Made by a program: the position numbers and the translations under genes. Shown here one piece after another: positions 1-26,751 of a DNA stretch of 64,000 nt. Every line of letters starts with the position of its first letter. Position 1 is the first letter of the stretch. Source of the DNA: Amoebidium appalachense (lineage: Eukaryota; Protista; Ichthyosporea); assembly GCA_963693365.1 (NCBI GenBank), contig CAVNZM010000005.1, positions 3,843,716 through 3,907,715 of the forward strand, given 5' to 3'. The notes below the pieces were generated by a model, which was given only the letters and a program-made list of their open reading frames with translations, had not been told where the DNA came from and ran no database searches.

Positions 1-111
1 CGCGAGGCTGTGAGAGGTTGGGTGTGTTTGTGTATGCGTGTGGGTGGGTGGGTATGTGTATGGAAAAAGGTGTGTAACAGCATGTGTGTGTGTGTGTGTG
101 TATATATGTGC

Positions 112-222
<111 letters not shown>

Positions 223-401
223 TATCTCTCTCTGTGTGTGTACGCAGGCGCGTGCGCATTTTGTGTAGGCATGTGCGCGTGTGTGGTCGTCTGTGTCTTC
301 CTGCGTGTGGCCGTGTGTGTAGAAGGGGAATGGAAGGTGGGAGTGTGGGCTAGAAGCAGGGGTTCTGGTGGGGAAGGGGGAGGGGGGTTGGGGAGGGTTA
401 C

Positions 402-1235
402 CCTTGCCCGGTTTCCTGACCACCAAGAAGTTGGTATGTGCCGCATGCCTGTGTCACATTGAATCACATGAGAAAGGCTTTTCGCCCCCACTCCCTGTAT
501 TTGCCACGTGTTATATTGAACACTGAACAAAATTTCGCGTCTTCTCCTTTTCTTGCATGCCCACCTCCCCTTCCCCCGCCCACCCCTTCTCCCTCCCTCC
601 CCTCCCCCAACTACCCTTCCCACCAATACCCAGGATCAAAGTCAGCTCATGCCTTCCAAACCTCCAATTGCCAATACTGGTTCGTCATCCACGCCCTTTC
701 CAATCTTCCAACAAAACCACCCATTTGCTAAGTGCCCGTGTTCATTTTTCTCAATATCAGCCCTTCTATCCCCCACCACGCCCACGCACTTACAGACCCA
801 AACGCCCAACCACTACCCCAACCACCCATTTCATCTTTCTGACATAAAAAACGGGGCTGCAGAATCCATTATAGTGCATATACCATCATCATTTATTAAC
901 AGCGTGATGCGTGTAAGCACAAGAGTTGAGCGTGGGCAGGGCAAGAAGAACCACGCATGTTTGTGCCAGCATGTGCTGCGCTGTTAGTTGAAATAAAGGT
1001 GGCAATGAGGTAGGTTCTGCAAGCATATGTACTAGTCTCATGCGCGGTGCCATACGCGTACGTGCGTGCGTGCGTGCGTGCGTGCGTCTTTATGTCTGTG
1101 TAGGAGGAGCGCGAGGGAGACACCAACCAAGATCTCCTTGTGACCCTCGACAGGACACCATTCTGTCGAGTCTGCCGTGTATTCTGTGTCAATGGACTGC
1201 AGCGTGCCAAGCACCCTGACCTGGCCCTCGGCCAT
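402..1235 (-). CDS. DPH7: Diphthine methylesterase DPH7/WDR85, first two exons (gene continues past the left edge of the window)
   Basis: Exon 1235-1128 (MAEGQVRVLGTLQSIDTEYTADSTEWCPVEGHKEIL, GT donor) splices in phase 0 to exon 448-402 (ACGTYQLLGGQETGQ). The joined DTEYTADSTEWCP...ILACGTYQL matches the conserved DPH7/WDR85 N-terminus. Confidence 0.85.
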
Positions 1236-1883
1236 TGTGTATCACCAAAAAGCTAAGTTGCAAGGCACAGTGGGTTACGCGCAAAAAGAAGAACTACGCT
1301 CCCCCTCTCTTCGTTTGCTCACGGTAGGACTACTCTCCGACGGTCACCTTGTCAGTAAGTCGTCACCCCCTGTGAGGCGGGCAGCAAGGTCTTATCACTA
1401 CCATATCAGGTTATTTTTGTGATCTTTCAAGTTTTCGCGCGCTTTTTGACCAATCAATACACAGTTGGAAGTTGGAACTTGATGTTGCAACATGCGGTCG
1501 CTTTGAAGGGCGTGTGAAGAGCGCAAACTAGAACTAAACAACGTTAGTTTTGTCATGTTAGTAAAGGGCTTTTGAGTTTGGGGAGACCGGCTAAAGGAGG
1601 AATCGCTGATACAGTTTCTGAATTCGAGCGCAGGAGCTCATAAGTCTTCTGAAGTGCAGAAGCTCAGAGGCATATGTCACTTTATGTTTCCCTTACCTCT
1701 ATACCGCCGTTTCGTTTCTGAGGTGAAGGGATCTTATACCAACTCACTAAGAAACCTAAACTAAAGACCCTCACTAGTAGAGAAAGAAATCTCTTGCATC
1801 AGGCATAGAGGCAAGGTCAATTTAAGTGACCCACAGAACAGTCAACTTAAAACATCCGCCCAAGATAGTCTCCCCATGTCAGG
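1236..1883. promoter_or_regulatory. Probable bidirectional promoter between DPH7 and the TyrRS gene
   Basis: Divergent ATGs about 650 bp apart in microsatellite-free sequence. E2F-like TTTCGCGC at 1433-1440 and CCAAT at 1450-1454. Confidence 0.55.
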
Positions 1884-15585
<13,702 letters not shown>

Positions 15586-15702
15586 TTGTGTGTGTGTGTC
15601 AGTGTACATAGGTTCGATTGTCAGATAAGTGTTGTGAAATGTCTCTTGTAATTCAGCCATGGTAATGATTCTTTTCTTTTCTTTCTTTCTTTTTTTTTTT
15701 TT

Positions 15703-15748
<46 letters not shown>

Positions 15749-16087
15749 CTGGATCCTGTTGTGTCTCTGTCTGGGTCATTCATTCTTCCAGTATTTTGTT
15801 GCTTCTGCTTCCTGCTCTGATGTTCAACCACTACTGAGTTGGACTTCGCCCTCCACTACCTTCATGACTGTCTCTCTATATCTCTCTCTCTCTCTCTATC
15901 TCTCTCTCCTCCCCGTTTTCCCCCCCCACACTTCCACACACACACACACGCGCGCACACGCACGTACGAAAATGCACACCCACACACATACGTGAGCACA
16001 AACACATCTAACGTGTGGGCGCACACACACAGACACACAAGCACGCACACACATGGAAACAAACACATGTGCGCACGCGCGCTCACA

Positions 16088-16118
<31 letters not shown>

Positions 16119-16141
16119 ATACATAGAATATGATACACGCC

Positions 16142-16177
<36 letters not shown>

Positions 16178-16417
16178 GAACCGTGGCACACAAATGAATG
16201 TCTCCCTCTCTGTCTGCTTCTCTTGTAACTCAGAGCCACCTGTACAACATGGGCGCAATCTTACAAAAACAAGGAACATGTCAGAACAAGCCCTAATCCA
16301 GCGGCTAAGGGAGTAAAAACTCTGAAAAGAAACTCACTGAGCAGGATTAAGTGGTGGCAAACACAAGGACACGCTTAAAAGCAAGTGGCCCGAACACACA
16401 TTACAGCTTGCGCACGT

Positions 16418-16473
<56 letters not shown>

Positions 16474-16712
16474 CCACAGGCACGTAATACTATGCAACCA
16501 TGTCAAATACTGCAAAAGCATGCATATGGCAATGTGTCCCTGGGGGGCCGGCGCAAGCATGTTGGTCGGGACACAAGACGGTGTCACGGACAATGTCATC
16601 TGTATGTTGATTACTTATTGTTTTCGAAAATTGAGGTCTTTTCATGATCAGGATTCCGTTTTATTTACTCCATGCACACAATCATTGGCACATCTTTTAG
16701 TGTTACAGGCGT

Positions 16713-16764
<52 letters not shown>

Positions 16765-16859
16765 GTGACGTACACACGCTGTGTCAACTACACACACACA
16801 CCGTGACACACATGTACACGCACACACACTCGAGCTCATGATCAAACACACACACACAC

Positions 16860-17037
16860 TCTCTCTCTATCTCTCCCTCCCTCCCTCCCTCCCTCTCTCT
16901 CTCTCTCTCTCTCTCTTCCTCCCTCCCCCCTCCCTCCCTCTCTCTCTCTCTCCCCCCTCCCTCCCTCCCTCCCTCCCTCCCTTCCCCTCTCTCTCCCTCC
17001 CTCCCTCCCTCTCTCTCTCCCTCTCCCTCTCTCCCTC

Positions 17038-17079
<42 letters not shown>

Positions 17080-17228
17080 GATCTCTGTCTCTCCCTCCCC
17101 CTCCTCCCCCCCCCCCCCCCCCCTCTCTCTCTCTCTCTAGATCTCTCTCTCTCTCCCTCCCCCCCTCCCCCCCCCCCCCCCCCTGTCTCTCTCTCTAGAT
17201 CTCTCTCTCTAGATCTCTCTCCCTCTCA
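16860..17228. repeat. CT-rich polypyrimidine tract with repeated ctctagatctct units
   Basis: Almost purine-free on the + strand, with four ctagatct interruptions between 17070 and 17220. Confidence 0.8.
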
Positions 17229-20200
17229 TATCGCCTCGACTCACCGACGGCACTGTCGAGCTCGCATTCACTTACACCCACAACAGCGGCCCTTTGCTTC
17301 CGTATCTATCTATGCTGTTCTGCCCAAACAGTACACTCAGATTCTGGTAGCGTATGTACCGTCTCCGGAGGGCCTTGATAGAAAAAAGTTCAACATTGTA
17401 TAAGACAGGATCATAATTATAATAATAAGCTGGAGCAATCTTTTTCCAGTGTTGTAAGTTAGACGTTGGTTAACTTGGTTTACCATAGGGACGGTCTATA
17501 TAAGTTAGACTGGGCCCCGGGATTCGGAATCATCGGCTCAGTGATGCCGTGCGTGGGAAGCATTCACCGAGTTCACGGAATTTTGGTTTTTTTGGGACAC
17601 GTGCAAGGCCCGGGGCACGGGCCGTGATGATCATGCGAGCCTCGAACCGTCGGACACACGCACGCAACTACAATATTACACTGCAACACACTCAAATGCA
17701 TATCTGTTTCTGAGTCAATCGTTGGCAATTGGGATCATCATAGACAATGTAGCTTTCATATGCATTCAGCCAAGTTCTCTTTTTAGGATGCTACTATTAT
17801 ATGTGATAATAATGATCAGTATATCGACGTCATGTCGTGGTGCACGTGTGTCATTCGAATTTACGCGTGTGACCCCGTATCAACATGACGTCGTTCGGGC
17901 GAGTCCCGTGGGCATATACATGCGCCACGACTCACGAGTAACTTCATAATCATACATCTATGTATATATATATATATATATATATACGCTCGGTGCTCTC
18001 TATGTAAATGGATACATTTCTGCTGCATTAGGTCGAGAACAGAAATGAAAGCCCGCTTGCTTGAAGCGCGTGGACAACAATGCTGTACATTGAGGGGCCT
18101 CGTTCGGAGTCGCTCCTGCCCTCGCCAGATCAGTGAGGCCTGACTGGGGCCATAATATATCTGGCTTCACAATCACGCAAATTTCAACGCGCAGTTACAT
18201 TGTACTTTCTTTTTAGGCGCGATGTAATTGCGTAAGTAGATATCTGCCTACACAACGTTGTTGAACCGTTTCCCCCAAAACACGTGCAAAAGGGCCCTGC
18301 CAGTTTTTTTTTGTTTTTTTTTTTGAGGCAATGTGGGCACGGGGTCTGGTTTTTAAAAAATTAATTCCAGGGGTTGTCTTACACATTCCAATCCTTATGG
18401 CGTAGAGTTTGATTGGTTACTTTTAGTGGCTTTCCCAGGGCAATGTGCCGCAAGCCCCGCAAATGCAATGCCGAGAGCACGTGCCGCACGTTTCTGAGGT
18501 TTGGCGTACAGCTGTACTAAGCGGGCTGTAGCGACAAATTATGGTAGGGCAGAGATTATATCATGAATATTGTAGCAGGCAAAGGGGTTCACCTCATGCA
18601 CTGACGTGTCACACGGGCACATGCCATGCCAAAGTGAGAATTTGATCGACATACCCGGGACTAAATAAGCATGCAGCGTGCACGATACGTGTTGCTGTGC
18701 ATGTATGTTATGAAGGGACTTGAATGGGCTGCAGCTGCTACCTTTGGAAGTAGCTCTTATTTTTCAAGGCTGACAAAACTTTCCTATCGAAGCGACTGAT
18801 CACGCGCCAACTCATACCCTTGAAAAATAGCCAGAGTACATATAGTTTATCATAGTTTATCATACGGCGGCTGAGGCCACACGCACGTGGCAGGGACTGC
18901 AGTTACGTACTGCACTCGAGCTCCGCAGTACATAGTTGTATTCAGAGACACGTGTGAACAGCCTGGCCCATTCTTGGATTTTTTTTTGGGTCCCTGGAAT
19001 ATTCATCATTAATTCATCTTCATACATTTTGTAAAATATTCGCCGGGTGCGCAACTGACTCCACATGGCCCGGCTGTCTGCATGAAACCGGCGTTGACGC
19101 GTCTCCGGTTTCCGAAAGAAGTTCGAAAGTCCGATCAATCTACTCCTGAAGCAATATCCTATGTTGTCATCTCATGAGTCAATATGCATAATATAGGGCA
19201 AGTATAAGAGGGGGTTTACCACGGCCCTCTCGTGGGTTTACACACTTTTTATTGAATCATCGTACCGCACGCGTCTGCTTGTTATTCTATACGTCTGCCA
19301 CGTGTGAGAAAAAAAGAGAAGATTTTATCTTCTCAAGTTAACGGCTGTTCAAGATAAATAAACACCACATTCCCCCAAACCAACTTTATCGATATCGGGA
19401 CTTCAACTTATCCCAAAAGTGCGCCAAAATGTCTTACAGGATCCAAAAAAGGAAACTTGTATTCCACGAATGTGCTCACATCCAATCAGATGGTTGTCAG
19501 CAACTCGGGGTGCCTCAAATACGATTGGTGGAGAGGGGCAGAAAATTTGCTCATGTGGCTCAACCCATGGTGACGGCCCTGCCGAAGCTGCGTGTGTGGA
19601 CGTCAGTCTGTCATCAGTAAAGACGGTTCGAACAACCTTCTTCCAGCCAACAAATTTGCTTGGGGTGTGCGACGCTCAGTGAACGAACATCAAATAAAAT
19701 GCTTGCAAGTTCCCTCTCATTCAAGGGATAATAAATGGCCTCGGTCATGTGCATAGAGTCCTTAGATGACATATCTGGATATATCAGGCATATATGTGAT
19801 ATGCATGAATCAATGATCGTATCGATATCAGCCATGCCGCTGGCCGGTAGGCTACGTACGTAACTTACTCTGCGTGATCAATGTGGGGTGTGGAGAAGCA
19901 TCATTCGAATTCGATGCTCTCTTTGTCATACGTGCACGTGTATTCTCTTTTGTGTTACGTTAGTTAACCATGGCTATTCTCATGTGCACACCGTCACTCC
20001 AGTATACAGACCTAGCTAGGCACCGCAACGTTCTAGATCTTTCTGACTCTTGAGCAGTGCAACTGGGCTTGGTCCGGGCATGTGCATGCGGGGGTGACTG
20101 AGCGGCGGCTGCAATGCTGCATGCGGCCGAAAGAAATTTGTGATGAAACACACTGTGAAAACGACTCCGTTGAGTTGCCGTTGCTGTGCACGTGATGCAT

Positions 20201-21079
20201 TTCTTGGCCACACGTTCTGTCAGACAGAAAGTTTTTGTTGGGCTACACTTTTGGTGGTCAGCTAGTCTTAAAAGATTATGCGTTTTCACCCGTTATATCT
20301 TAATCTTTTTGCATGCCATTCTGGTTATTTTTTTCTTGTTTATAGTAGGATCTACCCGGCGAGGTGACGAATCACTGACGATCTCCGAGCTGGCAGGTTT
20401 CTATCGTTTCTTTACCCCTCCTCCACTGGGTTCTGTACAAATATGGGCGCTGTGCCTCGCAGATTCCCATCTCACTATCAAGCACGAATTTCCTTCTGAT
20501 TGCTTCATTTGTCATTCGTCGTCTGGCGCGACCACGTCTACATCTATGCCGGAAGCCCACGGCCTGCATGCACCCATATGAATGACGGAGTCAATTCTAC
20601 AATATATAGGTCGGGCACACACTCGCTTGTTTTCTCACAAAGCCTTGCGTGTTTGCGTTTGAGGCAAGGCTGTAGAAGACCCTTCTGCTTGAGTCTTTGC
20701 AACCAATACATTTAGGGCACTTGGGGCGAACGGTTCACATTGCAGGCACATATGGACATGACCACCATGCATGCAACACAACAAAGAAAAACTATGCTTG
20801 ATACATTAGGTGGGAGGTTATGACGTACACCGCTAAGGTAGCTGCACTAGCATGACACGGGGCCATGCAAAAAGCTAGTTTAGTTACGAGCTGGCCTTTG
20901 TTTTGTTTTGTGGGGGAATTTGCTACTCAGGTTTAAGTGCCTTTGACCGGTAGTAGAGTTGAAAAGTGGAAACCATCCCAGGATCTGCTTTGTGTTGTTC
21001 ACTTTCGATTACACTTTCTGGGTAGTGTTCACACATTTCCCTCGTTTTTTAAATATTCCGGGGTAGGTGGTGTTCAACT

Positions 21080-23166
21080 ATGGTGTGGACGGACATTTCC
21101 AATCCCCTGCGTGCTGCTACCGCCCAGTTAGGCACCTCGGCCATTGGGCGACTTCATAACTCCAACCAAAACAACAGAAACACGAATGCTGACAGCCATC
21201 ATGCAGAATCGGGCACCTCCGAGCCCGTGTGCGGCGGGCTAACGGCGGCCAAATTCGAATCGGGGGACCACATCGCCCGTACCATGTTTTCCATCTCGTC
21301 GAATAAGTCGCGCATTTCCCCGTCTTCGTGCAAAAAGAATCTTTTTGGTACCACTACTGCTAACGATGGTGAATGGTTTGCAAATGGTAATGGTGCATAT
21401 GGTAGCGGGGGTCCCTCGGCAACGTCTGCACCCACTGGGCATGCAGGCACCCGTTTTAGCGTCACCAACGCGAATGATGATACGACACTCTGTTCCTCGC
21501 CCTCGGACGGCGAAAAGTGTGCACCATCACAAGCAGCAGAGCTTTTGACTCTAATGCTGGGTTCCACGAATAGCGCGCGATCTCGGACGGAAGACACGAA
21601 TTCGCTTTTGAGCGGTTTGAGAAGACTGCAGGACAGTGTCGAAGACGAAAGTACAACCGTCGATCCGGATGAATATTATTTCAGACGCCGTCGTAGTTGT
21701 TCATCGGATATTACGGACAACATGGGCAACGTGTCTCGGCGCGGCTCAGTCGCCACAATAATTGAGGGTTTTGGGTCTGAGTTTGACCTTAATTGCAGCC
21801 ACAATAATATGCAGTGCGACGCCCCGGGTTATCCTAAAATCATAAATCCCTCACCTACACGGCCAACAACGGGAAGTAGCCCGGCGGGTAACGGTCCCAG
21901 GAGGGGAAGAGGAAAGAGCCGTAGAGGGAACATTATCAACCTCCCGCCTCCTCTCCCGCCCAACGTAACGGTATCACCCAACCCCCTCGTAAATGGAAAG
22001 CGTGTCATTCCTCGCTATCTCCCTTACGAAAAACCCGGGCTTGCTGCCGACGGCTTAATCGCAGGCGGAGACATCCTAACGGCAATGGCGCAGGCGCGCA
22101 AATTTGCGCCGATTTTACCGCGAGGCAACGGTACACCACCACTACCAAACCCCGAGCACCAGGCACCACCGCCAGCTGAGCCATCAACAGCGGACGCAGA
22201 CGTAAATACAACCCCGTCTAAAAATTCCAATCCCACAGTGGCAGCGTATGTCGCAGCCCGCCGTCAGCGTGGCTGCGAAGGAGCACGCCCCTCGCCGGAG
22301 CCGATGCAACACGGAGCCAATCGCCATCCCCCGGCTGGAAATGGGGACAGGCCGCTTTGCACCCATCGCCCCCAACAACCGCGGCACGATCACGCCTCCC
22401 ATCACAAATTCACTCAGCTGCGAGACAACTCATAGGGTCTACAGTATGTCGGCCGTAGACCTTTCTTCATCGCTTCCACTTTCAGCGGCACCTTCGAATG
22501 GGTCTTTTTCCTCTGCACCGGCGTCGCTCGTCAACAACTGCCCAAAGCCCGTCAAAGCGCGAGGGTTTTCGAATGTGTGCACCACTTCCACCACACCCGT
22601 TCTCCCGTTTGTGTCTGCCAGTAACAACGTCCCCGATGTGGCCGCGCGCGAGAATGCGTTCCAACGCATTGACAGCATCTCGTCGTTTGGCAGCGATACA
22701 TTTGTTGCTGATTCATCGATAATCGGATCGGAAATCCCGGAAAATGACGGGTTTCCGGTTTGCGACGGCATGACCGATGCTTTTTCCGGTATTTCTGATT
22801 TTGACGTACAACTGCTCAACATGTGCACGAATATTCCTCCTGTTTCCTCCAGCGGGCCTTTAGGCATCAGCACGAACGAATCGCACTCATTGGAGGCTAT
22901 CTTAAGAATCCTGGACGACCTCGAAGCGCAAATCAACATGACGATTCCCGCTTCCAGTGTCGCCGATTTACCATTTTTGGGCAAATGGTATGCCGAACGT
23001 ACAGTTGTTAATGCCAGGTAATCAGGTGATGATGAGATTCTCTGAATGGGCTATCGAAGACGCCGTGCCTATTTTTGGTGACGACGGTGGGGTTGGAAAA
23101 ATGGTCGAGAAATTTATCCATGAGATGCAACAGAAGAGAAACCCTTTGCAGGTGCGAGGTTTTTAG
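21080..23166 (+). CDS. Unknown Ser/Pro/Thr-rich protein (about 690 aa if joined) spread over three overlapping frames (two +1 breaks)
   Basis: ORFs 21080-22435, 22248-23021 and 22957-23166 lie in complex, repeat-free, coding-like sequence. The internal repeat RKFAPILPRGNGTPP (ORF1) / RFAPIAPNNRGTITPP (ORF2) suggests both frames belong to one protein. An AT-rich UTR-like region follows. Confidence 0.6.
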
Positions 23167-24900
23167 TTTTAAAGTTAAAATATGACGCAAATGTCATTCA
23201 ATAGCTTGCTATTTTTGGCTTCAGTTGAAACTGATCCTATTCTCCCCGCGATCGTTCCCCTTCTTCTTCTTCTTCTTCTTCTTCTTCTTCTTCTTCTCCT
23301 TTTCCCCTTTGTTGTGGTTCTAACTGTGGGCCAGCACCAAAATGCCCTAGTGTTTGCACTTCTAATCATTTTGTGCCGTCTTTCTCTTTGTGTATTTATT
23401 TGAAGCCTATATCGAATTAAGAGCCAATGTGTTTATGAGGATAGCTTTTACTATGCGTGTACAGCTGTGTATGTGGTTGTAGTCTGAGAAGAGCATATTG
23501 TATATTCTTGGTGGGTGTATACATATTCATTGAGGAAAATACATTATAGAGGTGAGTCCATATGTATAGCTATCGTTGTTCCCATCGTTGCTGTACTTTC
23601 TCATTGAGTATTGTCCATATTTGATGCGACTATTTCCATATGTATAGCTGTTGTGTGGTGAAGATTTATAGTTTTTATGTGTGCATATATATCCATCAGG
23701 CAGGTTTTGTGTAAGGTTCTTTACTGATAACGTGTGTTCTGAATAATTACTGCAATTATTCTTCTTTTTTTTTTTTTTTTTTTTGGTTTAATGACCATCT
23801 CAATCCCACCAGCAAGCCTAACATTAACTCGGTGCCAGTTCAGTATATGATAAGCGTATCGAAATACATTAAGTGATACGTATATACTTAATTATAGTTT
23901 AAGAACAAACAGGGGCTGATATCCAAGTTCTTATTAATTGGCTGGCCAAACAGAGTGCCAAAGAATAAATATATATAACAAGCATGAAAATCCCAAAGAC
24001 AGTAAACATATCATTCCAACCAACTTCCATAGGAAAAGCACGTTGCGTCCGATGGATGGTACAGCATAACCATTTCAAGGAAAAAATCATCCCCCCCTTC
24101 CTCCCCCCCGCCCCCCCCCCCCCAAAAAAAAAGAACCACTCACCCACTTACCCACCCACTTAACCACCCATCCATTCTTAACCTATCCCCCTTCCCCCCC
24201 ACCTCCCACCCGCCGCCACCATCACCCCCACCACAACCCCTCGGCCTAGCCCCACTCAACACGGGTTGGTGCCCAACTACCCACCCACACACACACACAC
24301 ACACACAACCACACACCCCACTCACCCACCCACCCATATCCACCCATTACTTCCCCCTCCCCCTCCCCCTCTCAATGAAACCCCACCCACCCATCCACCC
24401 ATCCGCACACCTATCCACACACCCACCTACCCACCCGCTCACTCACTCACCCACTCACCCCCCCAAGTGCCCACACACCCACCCACACACACACCCACCT
24501 ACCTACCCACCTGCCCATCCACCCACCCACCGACCTACCCCTGCTAGCTGTCGACAGGCCCCACAATCATGCTATGGAGCCCTCAAACCCAATCCATTTT
24601 CAACCATCTCACACCAGTCCCTTTTCTAAGATTTCTCAGCCCCACAGGCAGACAACCTCCTCCCCCTATCGCTGCCGTCGCCTTTTCTACACAGGAAATG
24701 TGAAGCGCACTTTAGTCCCGGGAAGTGTACAACACATGTGCACTGTTTAAGGGAGAAATTGGTGTGTCGGTGTTTGTGTGTGCACGTGTGTGTGTGTGCG
24801 CGCGCGCATGTGCGTGTGTGCGTGTGCATTCTTGCTCTTATGTTTCTTTGTGTGTGGTTGTGTGCTCCTGTGTGCCGTGTGCCAGTGTGTATACGTGAAG

Positions 24901-24953
<53 letters not shown>

Positions 24954-25107
24954 CGTGTGTGTGCGTGTGCGTGTGCATATGAGCGCGCCTGCATGTGTGC
25001 GTGTATGTGTGTACATGTGTGTGTGTGCTTGTGTTTTATTGTGTGTTTTTGTGTGTGCCTGTGTGCCGTGTGTGTGTATGTGAAGGTGTTATGTGTGCCA
25101 CTTTTTG

Positions 25108-25160
<53 letters not shown>

Positions 25161-25235
25161 GTGTGTGTGAATGAGTATTTTTGTACTTGTATGTAGGTAC
25201 GTGAATATGCTCGGGGCTTTTAAAGGAAGGGCCCC

Positions 25236-25267
<32 letters not shown>

Positions 25268-25805
25268 ACGCGGGGGGAAGGGGGGGAGGGGACAGACACA
25301 AACGTCTGAAAACAGGTGCAATCACTACCCTACGCCCTCATACCACAGCGCTAATTCTCTGTGTTCCCCTCGCCTAATGTGGTTGTCAATAGGAGTCACA
25401 GTACCGTTGGGTCGAAAGCTATTCAATCTTGGCAACCACTCCTTTAAACAATCAGCCTGAACCAGCCCCCCAACCCTCCCCTCCCCTCTCTCTCTCCCTC
25501 TCTCTCTCCCTCTCTCTCTCCCCCCCTCCCCCCCCCCCCCTCCGGCCCCCGCGCGTGCGGAAGTGCACTCTCGATTTGCTCCTCCTCCCTTTCTCCCCCC
25601 CTTCCCTTCCCATCTCAGAATGGGCACATATCATACCTCGATCAAGTCCTCCTTCGACCTTATGATTTGCACACAGTATATGTATAGTAGGTACATGGCT
25701 AGCACCAAAGTTATTATTAATTAAAGGGGTTTCATGCCGAGAATCCGTACTGTAGTATCACACTACACCCTAAATATGGTAATCGTAAATTGTAACTTTT
25801 TAAAG

Positions 25806-26226
25806 CAACCACCGCTTCTCCCATTCTAGACACGAACGAGGTTGATCTGATCATCCGATCAAGGGTTTTGAATAGCGGGACTACGACCTGTGAAATCCTC
25901 GAACTTTTCAAGCTATCGAGGACATGGCTCATTCTGGGGAAAAATATGCTTCGAAACTGGCACGTACTGGCTGTGCCCTCTAGCCTATGTACGACAAATC
26001 GACGCTGGCTGAGTCAAGGGCAGGTGAGTCACGTGATCAGCCGCCCCCCGGATCGTCCGTGTCGGCCTTGAAAAATAAGAGCTACCTCAGAAGGTAGCAG
26101 TCTTCGGAATGATGTCGTGACCATCCACTGCTTGATCGGATCGAGAATTTCACAGGTGGCAAGACAATATGAAATCCTTGATCGGATCAACCTCGTTCGT
26201 GTCTGAAATGGGAGAATGGGCGGTTG
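25806..26226. mobile_element. MITE-like element with about 100-bp imperfect inverted repeats
   Basis: 25806-25913 is the diverged reverse complement of 26130-26226, including a perfect 20-mer agacacgaacgaggttgatc/gatcaacctcgttcgtgtct. No coding capacity between the arms. Confidence 0.55.
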
Positions 26227-26643
26227 GATTAGAAGTGCCTCAATAGTTTGCTCATGGCTGCCACCAGTTTAGCACCTTAAAAGTGTATCCTTTCGGTAAA
26301 CATTGCTTGATCGGATGCCTTAACCGAACCTTCATTGGTCTGGTCCAAGCATGTAACTGTCTTTTGCCTTTTTAAGATGGATGGTTTTGGGTGATGTGAA
26401 AGGAGGGGGAGGCGAAGGGACGGCACAGAGAGGGGGAAGATGGGAAATTGGGAAGGGGGCCAGGGGGGGGGGGGGGGGGAGAGGGGAGAGGGGGGCTGGG
26501 AGGGAGAGACGGGGGGGGGGGGGGGGGAAGAGAAAGGGAGGGGGGGGGAAGGCGGGGGGTATACGTAGAGAGAAGGGGACGGGGACGGGGGCGGGGGCGG
26601 GGGGGGGGAGATGGAGAGAGGGGGGGGGGGGGGGGAGGGGGGG

Positions 26644-26751
<108 letters not shown>

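Noticed and set aside
18860-20715. Short ORFs in the repeat-free intergenic block
   Set aside because: Mostly non-ATG starts, no motifs and no consistent splice chain; no transposase, RT or viral signature recognised.
22930-23130. ComEA-type double helix-hairpin-helix domain (LPFLGKWYAER...GGVGKMVEKF)
   Set aside because: The resemblance depends on where the second frame break is placed; a shift at the T5 run removes the first motif, so it is not called.
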